Part shown: positions 27,904-38,009 of the stretch, one piece after another
How the letters are laid out: every line of letters starts with the position of its first letter
How positions within the stretch are numbered: the first letter of the stretch is position 1
Assembly (NCBI GenBank): GCA_964587005.1
Contig: CAZPJW010000002.1
Coordinates: 12,487 to 76,486 of the forward strand
Direction of reading: 5' to 3'
Length of the DNA: 64,000 bases
From: Candidatus Woesearchaeota archaeon
GTDB taxonomy: Archaea > Nanobdellota > Nanobdellia > SCGC-AAA011-G17 > PNOQ01
Made by a program: the position numbers and the translations under genes
Notes under the pieces: generated by a model
The model's database searches: none
What the model was told of the DNA's origin: nothing
What the model saw: only the letters and a program-made list of their open reading frames with translations

Positions 27904-28638
27904 ATATATTAGAATTATTATGAATGTGGTCAATATACTCCAAACTATTGTTGCGATTGGGGTAAGTACATTGATTAAAAGAATGCTTAGTATGGTAAAT
28001 ATCAGTCCGAATAGGTATAATGGGATAGAACCAAATAATATTTTTGTACCATCTAAATTTCCTAATGGAACAAAAGAGTATATTGCTATAAGTTTAGATA
28101 TTTCTACTAAATTGTTGAATGAATCTAATGGGGAAAGTACTATTGCTAGGAGTAGACAGGCCAAGGGACCGGCTAGATGTATTCTGGCAACTTCAAAATC
28201 CGTTAGGTGAGTGTACTTTTTTCCTGCCCTTTGAGAACTGATTTCTTTTATTTTTGTGTGGGCGATAGTTGCTACGTTTATTAGGCCCATTGAAAGTATT
28301 GAGAATATGATTGGAATAATTAGGCCCACCTTAAAAGATTTGAATTTTGCCCCTAGGAAGCTTAGTTTGGATATTTTTGAAGATTTACTGAACCAGAATC
28401 GCTCTATTCCCCAAATACTCAATGTGGAAGTTGCACCGTGTAATCTAGCTATACTTTTTGTGGATATTAAATAGACCGAATAAGCTATGAATGCAATAAT
28501 TGCTGCCCTAATCCAATTTGCAATGCCTACAGAATAACTTACCGATTCTCCATAGCCCCATTGCGTGTAGGATGTAACAAATCCAAGTATTAGTGCTGCT
28601 CCAACCAAGGTAAAGGCTTCTTTTTTGTCAATTCTCAT
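27886..28638 (-). CDS. polytopic membrane protein (LDG motif; no HExxH)
   Basis: 250 aa with about 7 TM helices and a PLGNLDG motif. No metal-binding HExxH. Function unknown. Confidence 0.35.
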   Translation of the reverse strand: MRIDKKEAFTLVGAALILGFVTSYTQWGYGESVSYSVGIANWIRAAIIAFIAYSVYLISTKSIARLHGATSTLSIWGIERFWFSKSSKISKLSFLGAKFKSFKVGLIIPIIFSILSMGLINVATIAHTKIKEISSQRAGKKYTHLTDFEVARIHLAGPLACLLLAIVLSPLDSFNNLVEISKLIAIYSFVPLGNLDGTKILFGSIPLYLFGLIFTILSILLINVLTPIATIVWSILTTFIIILIYLYRTN

Positions 28639-28758
28639 TTAATATATTTCTTTGAGCGTTTCTTTATAAATTTATTTAAACTATTTTGAAGTGTTTTGGG
28701 AAGGATAATTTTATAAAGATTAAGGGACTTCTCTTTTTATCTTTTAAGGGAGGGAAAA

Positions 28759-29028
28759 ATGCTAAAGACTAAAAAATTGAGTGATGTTTTTAATGTTGAA
28801 GTTTTTACTGACTCCGGAGAATATTTTGGTGATGTTGAAGAATCTATTTTGGCTAACAATAAAATATTTGGGTGGAGAGTTAAGGCTACGAAAAGATCAT
28901 ATTTGACTAAAATCCTTGGAGGAGCAAAAGGAGTTATTGTTCCACATCAATTGGTTAATTCCATAGGCGATGTAATGATCATAAGCAAAGCAGCGATTCC
29001 AAAGATGGATGACGACGAGATGGAATAA
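28759..29028 (+). CDS. PRC-barrel domain protein
   Basis: 89 aa. Similar architecture to 13430..13693 (IGDVMII C-terminal motif). Confidence 0.4.
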   Translation: MLKTKKLSDVFNVEVFTDSGEYFGDVEESILANNKIFGWRVKATKRSYLTKILGGAKGVIVPHQLVNSIGDVMIISKAAIPKMDDDEME

Positions 29029-29064
29029 AAAGATTTAAATAGTTTAAATTTTATTTTTTGTTAG

Positions 29065-29613
29065 ATGGCATCTACTTTACAAAATACATTGGAATTTTTG
29101 AAAGGATTTGGTGTATTTGATGTAATTGTTCCTTTCTTGTTATTTTTTGCCATTATTTTTGCATTTTTAGAAAAGACAAGTATACTTGGAAAGAAAAAAT
29201 CTAATGTTAATTTGATAGTTGCTTTATCTGTTTCACTATTAGTTATTGCTACAAATAAGGCGGTTAATTTTATATCTACAGTTATTCCAAATATGATTTT
29301 AATTTTGGTATTGTTAGTATTATTTGTTATGATAACTGGAGTGTTTTTCAAAGAAGGAGATTTTTCTTTTTATGAAAGCCATAAAGGTATGTTTGGTTTT
29401 TTTATGGTTCTTTTATTTATTTTAACAATTGGTTTTGTTTTGAATGCATGGCCTGTTGAAGGAAGCACAACTCTTTTGGAAAGGATGTGGGATGCAATTG
29501 CTTCTGGTTCCTCTGGCGAGGTTGTGGCGGGAGTAGTGTTTTTAGCCGTAATGGTTGGAGCAATAGTCTTTATTATGAAATCAAAGAGTGGTTCGGATAG
29601 TTCGGAGGACTAA
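29065..29613 (+). CDS. paralogous membrane protein 1 of 3 (unknown family)
   Basis: 182 aa with 4-5 TM helices. Conserved N-terminal block (F..VIVPFLL...F.LFEKT.ILGK) shared with the next two genes. Confidence 0.45.
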   Translation: MASTLQNTLEFLKGFGVFDVIVPFLLFFAIIFAFLEKTSILGKKKSNVNLIVALSVSLLVIATNKAVNFISTVIPNMILILVLLVLFVMITGVFFKEGDFSFYESHKGMFGFFMVLLFILTIGFVLNAWPVEGSTTLLERMWDAIASGSSGEVVAGVVFLAVMVGAIVFIMKSKSGSDSSED

Positions 29614-29618
29614 AGAAA

Positions 29619-30146
29619 ATGGCTTTTGATATATACTCTTTTATTGCTTCTTTAGATAGTTTTGGTTTTTTTCAATATGCAATTCCTTTTTTTATTTCAT
29701 GGTTAATTATCTTTTCTCTTTTTGAGAAAACTAAAATCTTGGGGAAAAATAATACTGCCTTGAATGGAATGCTTTCTCTTTTAATATCACTTACGGTCGT
29801 TACTAATGATGCTTTGATTGCGTTTACTAGTAGGTGGTTGTCTAGTATTTCTATGGGGTTGGTGTTGCTAACAGTTATTTTGTTAGTGTTTATGTTTGTT
29901 AATAAATCTACAGACAGCTGGGTAAAGGTGGTTGGTATTGTTTTGGCAGTTTTTGCCGTGCTTTATGCTTTGGTTGATGCACAGTACTTAGCTGGAATGT
30001 ATGGTGGGAGCATCTCTTGGTGGTTTAGTGATATAATATACACTTTAAGTAGACTTGGTCCGGGAATAATCGGTTTAGGTGTGATTGCAGTTGGATTTTT
30101 CTTGGTGTATAGAAACGCGAAAAAGAGTAATAGTTCCAAATCTTAA
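29619..30146 (+). CDS. paralogous membrane protein 2 of 3
   Basis: 175 aa. Same architecture. 5-bp intergenic gap. Confidence 0.45.
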   Translation: MAFDIYSFIASLDSFGFFQYAIPFFISWLIIFSLFEKTKILGKNNTALNGMLSLLISLTVVTNDALIAFTSRWLSSISMGLVLLTVILLVFMFVNKSTDSWVKVVGIVLAVFAVLYALVDAQYLAGMYGGSISWWFSDIIYTLSRLGPGIIGLGVIAVGFFLVYRNAKKSNSSKS

Positions 30147-30152
30147 TAAAAA

Positions 30153-30662
30153 ATGGCAACTTTATTTGATGGAAACATTGTGGACATTGTAGTTCCTTTA
30201 CTGGTAATGATTTTTGTTTTTTTGATATTGTACGGTCTATTACAGAAGTCTAAAATTCTTGGAGGGAATCAAGCGGTTGATTTCTTTGTTGCTTTGATGG
30301 TTGGAATTTTAACATTTTTTACTGATTCTGCTGTAAAGTTTACGCAGTTTATGAGTGTGTGGCTACTTGTTGCTACAGTCGTGGTAATCTTTTTGATTAT
30401 TCTTTTATCCTTTTTTGCAAAGGGAGATGATTTGGGATTTCCGGATGATATGGACATTAAAAATATTGTTTTCTGGATAGGAATCATTATTCTTGTTATT
30501 GGATTAACTTATGCATTTGGACCGATTTTAACACCTTATGCTCAGGGGGCCGATCCGAATCGTACTATTTTTAGAACTATTTTTCATCCACGGGTTGCGG
30601 GTGCGATTATAATGGTTATAATTATAGCTAATCTAGCTAAGTTATTAAGGCATACAAAATAA
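30153..30662 (+). CDS. paralogous membrane protein 3 of 3
   Basis: 169 aa. Same architecture. 6-bp gap. Confidence 0.45.
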   Translation: MATLFDGNIVDIVVPLLVMIFVFLILYGLLQKSKILGGNQAVDFFVALMVGILTFFTDSAVKFTQFMSVWLLVATVVVIFLIILLSFFAKGDDLGFPDDMDIKNIVFWIGIIILVIGLTYAFGPILTPYAQGADPNRTIFRTIFHPRVAGAIIMVIIIANLAKLLRHTK

Positions 30663-30666
30663 AAAA

Positions 30667-31350
30667 TTATTTTTTCCTGATTGTTGTTTTTTTAGGAGAA
30701 GATAATTTATCTGCCACTTTTTCTAAATCTTTTACCGATTTTGTTAGTGGAGCCAGAATCTTTTCTAGAACTCTTTCTAGGGCCCTCATCTCGGTTCCTA
30801 TTGTAGTTACCCCTTCTGAATATTCTGAAATTTTTCCCATTAATGCTCTTTGTAAGTTTTCAAATTTTTCTTGAGTTCTAACTAGTTCTTGTTTAACTCC
30901 TTCCAAGTCTATATCAGTTCTTTCTTTCCATAATTTTATGTCGCCCACATTTTGTAGCATCTCGTTCCATTTTTCTTTAATTATGGACTCTGCTATTTCT
31001 TCGATTGCATCATAGCTTGCCCTTTCTAGTGGTTCTGGTGCGAAGTTTGAAGGTTGTTCTTGTAACCTTGGTTGTTCGTTGTGGGAAATGGGCCTTAACT
31101 CCTCTTCTCCGCTAGTTGGAGAGGGGGCGTTCATTAATGCTAAAGGAACTTCTTTGTTTTCTACATTTTCTTGATTGGGCATACTCATTGAAGAAAGCTC
31201 ATTTTTTACAGATGCTTGATCCATGGCATTTGATATTTGTTCATGTTTGTATCCTTCCTGTTGGAGAGTAGATATTATCTCATTATTTTGTAATCCTTGA
31301 TTTTTCATTTGAATTATTCTTTCTGTTGGGATTTCTTTATTTCTTGGCAT
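30667..31350 (-). CDS. coiled-coil protein with small N-terminal helical domain
   Basis: 227 aa. N-terminus IIQMKNQGLQNNEIISTLQQEGYKHEQISNAM. Pro/Glu-rich linker. C-terminal coiled coil. Confidence 0.4.
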   Translation of the reverse strand: MPRNKEIPTERIIQMKNQGLQNNEIISTLQQEGYKHEQISNAMDQASVKNELSSMSMPNQENVENKEVPLALMNAPSPTSGEEELRPISHNEQPRLQEQPSNFAPEPLERASYDAIEEIAESIIKEKWNEMLQNVGDIKLWKERTDIDLEGVKQELVRTQEKFENLQRALMGKISEYSEGVTTIGTEMRALERVLEKILAPLTKSVKDLEKVADKLSSPKKTTIRKK

Positions 31351-31711
31351 TTTTTAACCTCTTTTCTATTAGTTCTTCTACTTCTTCACGAGTTACTAGT
31401 TTTAATGGGTTCCACATATTAATATATTTTTCTAAAACTTTTACCTCTTCTTTTCTTGCTAAAAATTTTATTTCTTTCATGATTGTTTTTATTGCATTTT
31501 TTAATACTTCAAGAGATTCTTTTATTTCAGAAAGATCTTCTTCAATAGATTTTAGATCAACATTAGTTTTTTTATAATGGTCTAACATATTTTGATTTAT
31601 AATTAGCATACGCTCTCTTGTTAGGTTATACTTCCCCTCAAGGATCCTTAGCCTAGTATTTAACTCATTTAGGTTTGAATATTGGTCATCCATTTGATAT
31701 TTTCCGTTCAT
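31337..31711 (-). CDS. coiled-coil protein
   Basis: 124 aa, essentially all predicted coiled coil. Overlaps the previous gene by 14 bp. Diverges from the pilus ATPase gene. Confidence 0.4.
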   Translation of the reverse strand: MNGKYQMDDQYSNLNELNTRLRILEGKYNLTRERMLIINQNMLDHYKKTNVDLKSIEEDLSEIKESLEVLKNAIKTIMKEIKFLARKEEVKVLEKYINMWNPLKLVTREEVEELIEKRLKNAKK

Positions 31712-31795
31712 TTTAAAAGCGAAAATATTTTAATTCAATTAAACTATTTAAGATGAAGCATAATAAAAGTTATGTTGTTTTAGCGGAGTGGTAAT

Positions 31796-34090
31796 ATGGC
31801 ATTTTCACAGAAAACACTTGGACCAGGGGAATATGAAATTGTTGAAGAAGGACAACAGCAAGTATTAAGAATTAACTATCTTGGTGTAAGTTTTCCTCCT
31901 TCTATCGAGCATAGTAAACTTTGTATGGGGGATGTGGTCGAAAAGATAATCCAAGCCTCTTCGGTTAGTAGAATTTTATTATCTGCGGATAGAAATTATA
32001 TTTATGGTGATGAGCAAACTCAAATGCTAAGAGAGGTTGCTAATCTTTATGTTTATTTTACAAAACAAAAAAGAATCTTAAGTGGATTTTCTGGATTGGA
32101 TATTGATTACCTAGGTAGAAATCCTGGCAAATTGGCGAGTATTCAGTATGTGGTTAGCAATTTATTGAGAAGTGATCCTATTGGTGCTTTTGTTGAACTG
32201 AAAAGAATGGTTCGGGAACAAAAAATATCTTTGAATAGACTTAAGAATCCAATAACTAGGAAAGAGGAGGAGTCATATCTTAAGTCATTAATTGATATGT
32301 TTAATTTATTATCTAAGTTAAAAATAATCACCTTAGTTAAGGATAACTTAGATGGATATGTTGTGGGAGATAGAAGTATTTATGTGGGGGTTTTTAGACC
32401 GATTATTAGTCCGAATTTTATGCTGACCAGACTTATGGCTCAAATCCCTGTTAACGCTGTGGAAGTTGATGGTTATAATTTGGATGAGGAAACAAACATT
32501 CTTATTTTCTCTTTGAAAAATGATGTAAAAAATTATTACCATATTACGCCTCCAGAATTTAATTTAAGTGATGATAAAATTGAGTTGTTAAATCTGGCTA
32601 GAAATATTTTGGCCGAGCATCAACCAGAAGCAATGGAATTTACTGATCCAGATAAAATGAGAAAAACGTTCCATAATATTGGAAGAGATTTGCTTATGGA
32701 ATTGGCTCAACATCAAAACATTGATTTGGATTTAGAAAATGCAGATAATTTAGCCGATATTTTAGTGAGGTATACTGTTGGCTTTGGTTTGTTAGAAGTT
32801 TTATTGAAAGACGAAAAGATACAAGATATAGTTGTTAATGGCCCTATTGGGGAGACACCAATATTTATTGTTCACCAAGATTATGGAGAATGTGTAACTA
32901 ATATTATTCCAAGTGCTGTTGATGGGGAGAGTTGGGCTACAAGATTTAGGATGATGTCTGGAAGGCCCCTTGACCAAGCCAATCCTGTTTTGGATACTGA
33001 GTTAGATGTTCCCGGTGGAAGAGCAAGAGTTGCAATTATTGGAAACCCATTAAATCCTGTCGGGTTAGGCTATGCCTTGAGAAGACATAGGGATAAACCA
33101 TGGACTTTACCTTTATTTATTGAAAATAAAACTATTAATTATCTTGGTGCTGGGTTGTTGAGTTTTTTAATTGATGGATCTAGAAGTATTTTGATTGGAG
33201 GAACTAGGAGTTCTGGTAAATCTTCTTTGTTGGGTAGTGTTATGGTGGAGATAATGAGAAAATATCGAATTATTACAGTGGAAGATACTTTAGAATTGCC
33301 GGTTAAAGCATTGAGGAGCATGGAATATAATATTCAACCCATGAAAGTTCGTTCTGCATTGGCTGAGGGGGGTTCTGAATTAGCTGCCGATGAAGGAATA
33401 AGAACTAGTTTGAGGTTAGGAGATAGCAGTTTAATTGTTGGAGAGGTAAGAAGTAAAGAAGCTCTTGCTTTGTATGAAGCGATGAGAGTAGGAGCATTGG
33501 CAAATGTTGTTGCTGGGACTATTCATGGAGGGAGTCCCTATGCTATTTTTGATAGGGTTGTAAATGATTTGGGTGTTCCGAGAACTAGTTTCAAGGCAAG
33601 CGATATTATTATAATAGTTAATCCAATTAAATCTCCTGATGGTTTGCATAAGATTAGGAGAATTTTAAGTATAACTGAAGTTAGGAAACATTGGGAAGAT
33701 GATCCTTTAAAAGAAGGTGCTTTTGTTGAACTTATGAAATATAATCCGGAGAGTGATGAATTGGAACCTACGGATAATTTAATAAATGGAGATTCTGAAG
33801 TTATAAAAGAGATTGCTTCGAGTGTTAAGGAATGGGCAGGAAATTGGGATGCTGTTTGGGACAATATTCAACTAAGAGCAGATATAAAAAAGAGTTTAGT
33901 GGAGTTTGCAAAAAAAGAAAAAAGACCAGAACTTTTGGAAAGTGATTTTGTTGTTTTGGCAAATGATGCATTCCATAAGATTTCGGACATAGTTTTGACT
34001 AAAGAAAATGAGTTAGACAGTAAAAAGATTTTGTTTAGGTGGAATGAATGGTTGAAAAAAGAGGCTAAGAATTATGCAGAAAATTCCTAA
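31796..34090 (+). CDS. type IV pilus/archaellum-type secretion ATPase (FlaI/VirB11/TadA family), long form
   Basis: 764 aa. Atypical Walker A GGTRSSGKSS. Walker B / Asp box RLGDSSLIVGEVRSKEA. His box TIHGGS. About 250 aa of N-terminal extension and about 150 aa of C-terminal extension. Confidence 0.8.
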   Translation: MAFSQKTLGPGEYEIVEEGQQQVLRINYLGVSFPPSIEHSKLCMGDVVEKIIQASSVSRILLSADRNYIYGDEQTQMLREVANLYVYFTKQKRILSGFSGLDIDYLGRNPGKLASIQYVVSNLLRSDPIGAFVELKRMVREQKISLNRLKNPITRKEEESYLKSLIDMFNLLSKLKIITLVKDNLDGYVVGDRSIYVGVFRPIISPNFMLTRLMAQIPVNAVEVDGYNLDEETNILIFSLKNDVKNYYHITPPEFNLSDDKIELLNLARNILAEHQPEAMEFTDPDKMRKTFHNIGRDLLMELAQHQNIDLDLENADNLADILVRYTVGFGLLEVLLKDEKIQDIVVNGPIGETPIFIVHQDYGECVTNIIPSAVDGESWATRFRMMSGRPLDQANPVLDTELDVPGGRARVAIIGNPLNPVGLGYALRRHRDKPWTLPLFIENKTINYLGAGLLSFLIDGSRSILIGGTRSSGKSSLLGSVMVEIMRKYRIITVEDTLELPVKALRSMEYNIQPMKVRSALAEGGSELAADEGIRTSLRLGDSSLIVGEVRSKEALALYEAMRVGALANVVAGTIHGGSPYAIFDRVVNDLGVPRTSFKASDIIIIVNPIKSPDGLHKIRRILSITEVRKHWEDDPLKEGAFVELMKYNPESDELEPTDNLINGDSEVIKEIASSVKEWAGNWDAVWDNIQLRADIKKSLVEFAKKEKRPELLESDFVVLANDAFHKISDIVLTKENELDSKKILFRWNEWLKKEAKNYAENS

Positions 34091-36191
34091 GGAAGAAATT
34101 GATAAATTAGTAAAAAAGTATACTTCAAAGTTAGAGAAAGGTGTGAAGAAAGCTGCAAAGGCTCCAAAAAAGAATTCTGAGTTTTCTAGAGAATATGAAA
34201 AATTTAGGGAAGAAGCTATGTCTAAAGTTGCTTCCAGATATGAAAAAATGTCCAAGTTTGCTGGAAGGGTTATTGGTACTAAACCAAATGACAAAATATT
34301 ACCTAAAATTAAAGAGAGTATAGAACTTTCTCACTTAAATATATCTCCCAATGATGTTTCGAGTTTTGCTGTGTTTTATCCTTTAATTATTGGAATGATT
34401 TTTTTATTGGGGGGAATTGTTTCATTTGTTTTTGGAGCAATACCTTTAGCTTTATTCTTATTCTTATTCTTTTTAATTGCTTTATTGTTTATTACTCCAT
34501 TATCGAAGTTTCCTATGAGTATTGCAAATAGATGGAGAGCCAAATCTGGAGATCAATTGGTTTTATGCGTTTTGTATATTGTAATTTATATGAGGCATAC
34601 TTCGAATTTAGAAAATGCTATAAAATTTGCTTCAGACCATCTTGGTGGTTCAATATCTTTAGATTTGAAAAAGATATTCTGGGATGTTGAGGTCGGAAAA
34701 TATTCTACAATCAAAGAAAGTTTGGATAATTATTTGAGATTATGGAGAGAACATAACCTATCTTTTGTTAATTCTGTTCATTTAATTGAAAGTAGTTTGT
34801 ATGAACCAAATGAAGAAAGAAGATTGACACTTCTGGATAAATCATTACAAGTTATTTTGGATGGTGTCTATAATAATATGTTGCACTATGCCCATGAACT
34901 TAAGAATCCTATTACTATGTTGCACATGCTTGGAGTAATTTTACCTATTTTGGGATTGGTTATTTTTCCTTTGTTAGGTGCATTTTTGGGAGGATTCATA
35001 AAATGGTATCATTTGGCAATACTCTATAATTTACTATTGCCTCTGCTGGTTTATTCGATAGGAAATAATATTTTGTCTAAGAGGCCAGCAGGATACTCTG
35101 AAAATTTAATAAGTTATAAGGGTAGGAAAGGCCCGGCCCTTATTTCCATGTTATTAATTTTTCTTTTTGTTGTTATCGGGGTAAGTCCATTCATTTTTAA
35201 TTCAATTGGAATTGGTGAGGATCCTACATTTTTAGGGGGACCCTTTTTTGATTTTGATGATGTTGGTGGAAAGAGCTATGGTCCTTACGGATTTGGTGCA
35301 CTTTTATTGAGTTTGTTTATACCTCTTGGTTTAGGTTTGGGTATTGGAATCTATTTTATTATAAAAACGAAAGGACTTCTGGGTATTAGGAAGAAAGTAA
35401 AAAAATTGGAAAGTGAGTTTTCTTCTGGGTTGTTTCAACTGGGCACTAGGGTCGGAGATGGAATTCCTACTGAAAGAGCATTCAAGGATGTTTCTTCAAC
35501 AATGGAGGGCACCCCTACTGGAGAATTGTTTATGAAAATTCATAATAATTTAAGTAAACTTGGAATGACCTTGAGAGATGCAATTTTTAATAGGGAGAGA
35601 GGCGCAATTAAAGATTTTCCAAGTCCATTAGTTGAAAGTTCTATGGAAGTATTAATAGAAAGTTCAAAGAGGGGCCCGAATGTAGTTTCTCAGTCTATGA
35701 TTAGCATTTCTAATTATGTTAATTCGGTTAGAAATGTGGGTGAGAGACTTAAAGATTTATTGGCAGATATAATTTCTAGCATGAAAAGTCAAATTCATTT
35801 TATGGCTCCAGTTATTGCAGGCATTGTGGTTGGAATTGGGAGTATGATCACAGGAGTTATATCTCAATTAAGTGGAATTTTGGATAAGGCAGCTCAGGGA
35901 CAGGATGCTATTACTGGAGGACTGACCCAGTTGCCCGATTTATTTTTAAAGACAGATACAATTCCCTCTTATTTCTTTCAATTAATTGTTGGAATTTATG
36001 TTGTGCAGATAATTTATATTTTGACAGTGTTAGCAAATGGTGTTGAGGTTGGTGCGGACAAATTGAATGAACATAATAGTGTTGGAAAGAATATGATAAA
36101 GAGTGTTTTGTTGTATACTATTGTAACATTGATTACCGTTTTGATCTTTAATGCTTTGGCTATGTTTGTTTTAGAGAAATCCATAACGTAA
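34074..36191 (+). CDS. FlaJ/TadC-like polytopic membrane platform protein (T2SSF-like)
   Basis: 705 aa. Multiple TM helices with large cytoplasmic domains. Overlaps the ATPase gene by 17 bp. Confidence 0.7.
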   Translation: MQKIPKEEIDKLVKKYTSKLEKGVKKAAKAPKKNSEFSREYEKFREEAMSKVASRYEKMSKFAGRVIGTKPNDKILPKIKESIELSHLNISPNDVSSFAVFYPLIIGMIFLLGGIVSFVFGAIPLALFLFLFFLIALLFITPLSKFPMSIANRWRAKSGDQLVLCVLYIVIYMRHTSNLENAIKFASDHLGGSISLDLKKIFWDVEVGKYSTIKESLDNYLRLWREHNLSFVNSVHLIESSLYEPNEERRLTLLDKSLQVILDGVYNNMLHYAHELKNPITMLHMLGVILPILGLVIFPLLGAFLGGFIKWYHLAILYNLLLPLLVYSIGNNILSKRPAGYSENLISYKGRKGPALISMLLIFLFVVIGVSPFIFNSIGIGEDPTFLGGPFFDFDDVGGKSYGPYGFGALLLSLFIPLGLGLGIGIYFIIKTKGLLGIRKKVKKLESEFSSGLFQLGTRVGDGIPTERAFKDVSSTMEGTPTGELFMKIHNNLSKLGMTLRDAIFNRERGAIKDFPSPLVESSMEVLIESSKRGPNVVSQSMISISNYVNSVRNVGERLKDLLADIISSMKSQIHFMAPVIAGIVVGIGSMITGVISQLSGILDKAAQGQDAITGGLTQLPDLFLKTDTIPSYFFQLIVGIYVVQIIYILTVLANGVEVGADKLNEHNSVGKNMIKSVLLYTIVTLITVLIFNALAMFVLEKSIT

Positions 36192-36222
36192 TATTTATAT
36201 AACTGTGACTATATTTCTGGTT

Positions 36223-36342
36223 ATGAAAAGAGGAGAGTTTTCTGTTAGTTTAGAGGTGGTTGTTACTATTTTATTAGTTTTAATTGCTCTGGCTTTATTT
36301 TTCTTTTATACTATGGGGGGGTTGAATGGACTTGCTCAATAA
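36223..36342 (+). CDS. mini prepilin-like protein (39 aa)
   Basis: MKRGEFSVSLEVVVTILLVLIALALFFFYTMGGLNGLAQ: a K-R-G cleavage-type motif followed by a hydrophobic helix. Paralogous to the ORF at 38405. Confidence 0.35.
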   Translation: MKRGEFSVSLEVVVTILLVLIALALFFFYTMGGLNGLAQ

Positions 36343-37147
36343 AAAGGGAAGATGGATGTTTTTAGTGAAGATGATTTTAGTGTTAATTATTGCAGCAATA
36401 TTTTTGATGGTTTTTCCTACGATGTTAAGTGATAGTGATACTGTTATTGATAGGAGCAAATGTAGGGCGGAAGTCCAGGTGCATGCGGTTAAACTTGCCG
36501 GGACAGGAGTTCCGGGGGAATTAACACAATGCGATCCTATTGAAATAGATTTTGATGAGGGGGATGAGAAAGATTTTATTATGGAAACTATGTCTTATGA
36601 AATGTACAGTTGTTGGAATAAATTTGGGGAGGGAGAGTTAGATTTTATTAGTAATTGGGAGGGAGACAAGAAATGTTATGTTTGCGCAATTATAGATTTT
36701 GATAAAGACTTGCAAGTAACTACTCCAGAAATTATAGGATTTGATAATTATCTGAGAGATGAAGAATTTCCGTATTTTAAAGAGAATAAAAATGTTAGTT
36801 TTTATGAATATTTATATGGTTCTTCTAACGTAGAAGCTATGCCGGACGAATTTGTTATAGACACCACAGATACTAATTATGTTGTGTTTATAGCTGATAA
36901 AACTCAGTATGGAAAGGATATTGCTATTGGGGTGGGTACTGCTGTAGGAAGTGCGGCTGCTTGTGTAGGGTCGATTTATCTTGCTGCTCAAACCGGGGGA
37001 CTTCTTACGCCTGTTGCAGTAGGAGTTTGTAAGTTTGGTGCTGCTGGCGTTGTGGGTGGAATTTTTTATGCTACGAAATATAATAGTGAATTTTATTCGG
37101 GATTGTATATTGGCAAGGCTCAAGGGGTTGTTGAAAAATGTGGCTAG
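36326..37147 (+). CDS. secreted/membrane protein with class III-like N-terminus and C-terminal glycine-zipper region
   Basis: 273 aa. N-terminus NKKGRWMFLVKMILVLII. C-terminus GVGTAVGSAAACVGSIYLAAQTGG...GAAGVVGG. Confidence 0.4.
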   Translation: MDLLNKKGRWMFLVKMILVLIIAAIFLMVFPTMLSDSDTVIDRSKCRAEVQVHAVKLAGTGVPGELTQCDPIEIDFDEGDEKDFIMETMSYEMYSCWNKFGEGELDFISNWEGDKKCYVCAIIDFDKDLQVTTPEIIGFDNYLRDEEFPYFKENKNVSFYEYLYGSSNVEAMPDEFVIDTTDTNYVVFIADKTQYGKDIAIGVGTAVGSAAACVGSIYLAAQTGGLLTPVAVGVCKFGAAGVVGGIFYATKYNSEFYSGLYIGKAQGVVEKCG

Positions 37148-37288
37148 ATAAAAAAGGTCAATTGGTTTGGGATGATACAACTAAATGGGTATTGGCAATA
37201 ATTTTTATGATTGTTGTTGCTTTGTTAATCTTTGCTAATAAGGAGCTTTTGTTAGAATTAGTTGAGAAGATTAAATTGGCTTTGAGGT

Positions 37289-37987
37289 TTGGAGGATAGG
37301 ATGAAAGAAGGTATTTGGCAGATTATATTGGCAATTTTGGCAATTATAATAATTGTGATTGGAGTTTTTCTTTTTCCAAAAATTTCTGAGGCAGGAGAGT
37401 CGTTTAATGGAAACATAAGGAATATATTTAATGGTTTTTTCCCGACACAAGAACAAAAAGATGCTAGGGATAAGTTTGAAAATTATTTTGTAGATTTTAA
37501 AGATGAAGTGTATAAAGAATGTGTTGATTCTTCTGAAATGAATTGTTGGTGTACTAAGGACATGTTTGAATTAACTAATGGCTTTGATTTAAGAATTAGA
37601 AAAGAAGGAGAAGTTTTGGAATTTGATTTTAGTGAAGGAGTAGTAAATTTTGATAGTTATCAATTTCAAAATTTTGATTCTTGTTTGATCACCGAGCATG
37701 GCGATTTTAATATGGGCGATTTGAATGATGAAGGGTTTAGAGTTAGTAGTTTAGGTGATTCTGGTGTTTTGAAATTTGAATTAAAGAACCCAATTACTGT
37801 TATTAAAGAACCCAGTCATGGTGGTTTTGGGGAGACATTGGAAAATGTAGGCTATAGTCCAAATTCTAAGACTGAATTTGAAAAAGAAGTAAATTTGAGT
37901 CTTATGTTTTTTAAAATAAACAATGGAAATGTTTGCATAATTGATAAGGTTAGAGCTAATGAGTATAAGAATTTAAAGGAGTGTTAA
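37289..37987 (+). CDS. pilin-like protein (class III signal-like N-terminus)
   Basis: 232 aa. MKEG|IWQIILAILAIIIIVIGVF. Confidence 0.4.
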   Translation: MEDRMKEGIWQIILAILAIIIIVIGVFLFPKISEAGESFNGNIRNIFNGFFPTQEQKDARDKFENYFVDFKDEVYKECVDSSEMNCWCTKDMFELTNGFDLRIRKEGEVLEFDFSEGVVNFDSYQFQNFDSCLITEHGDFNMGDLNDEGFRVSSLGDSGVLKFELKNPITVIKEPSHGGFGETLENVGYSPNSKTEFEKEVNLSLMFFKINNGNVCIIDKVRANEYKNLKEC

Positions 37988-38009
37988 CCAAAAGGTTTAA
38001 AAATATCTT

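Noticed and set aside
27886-28638. Site-2 protease (M50) call for the 250-aa membrane protein
   Set aside because: Only an LDG-like motif is present. The HExxH zinc-binding motif is absent, so a protease assignment is not supportable.
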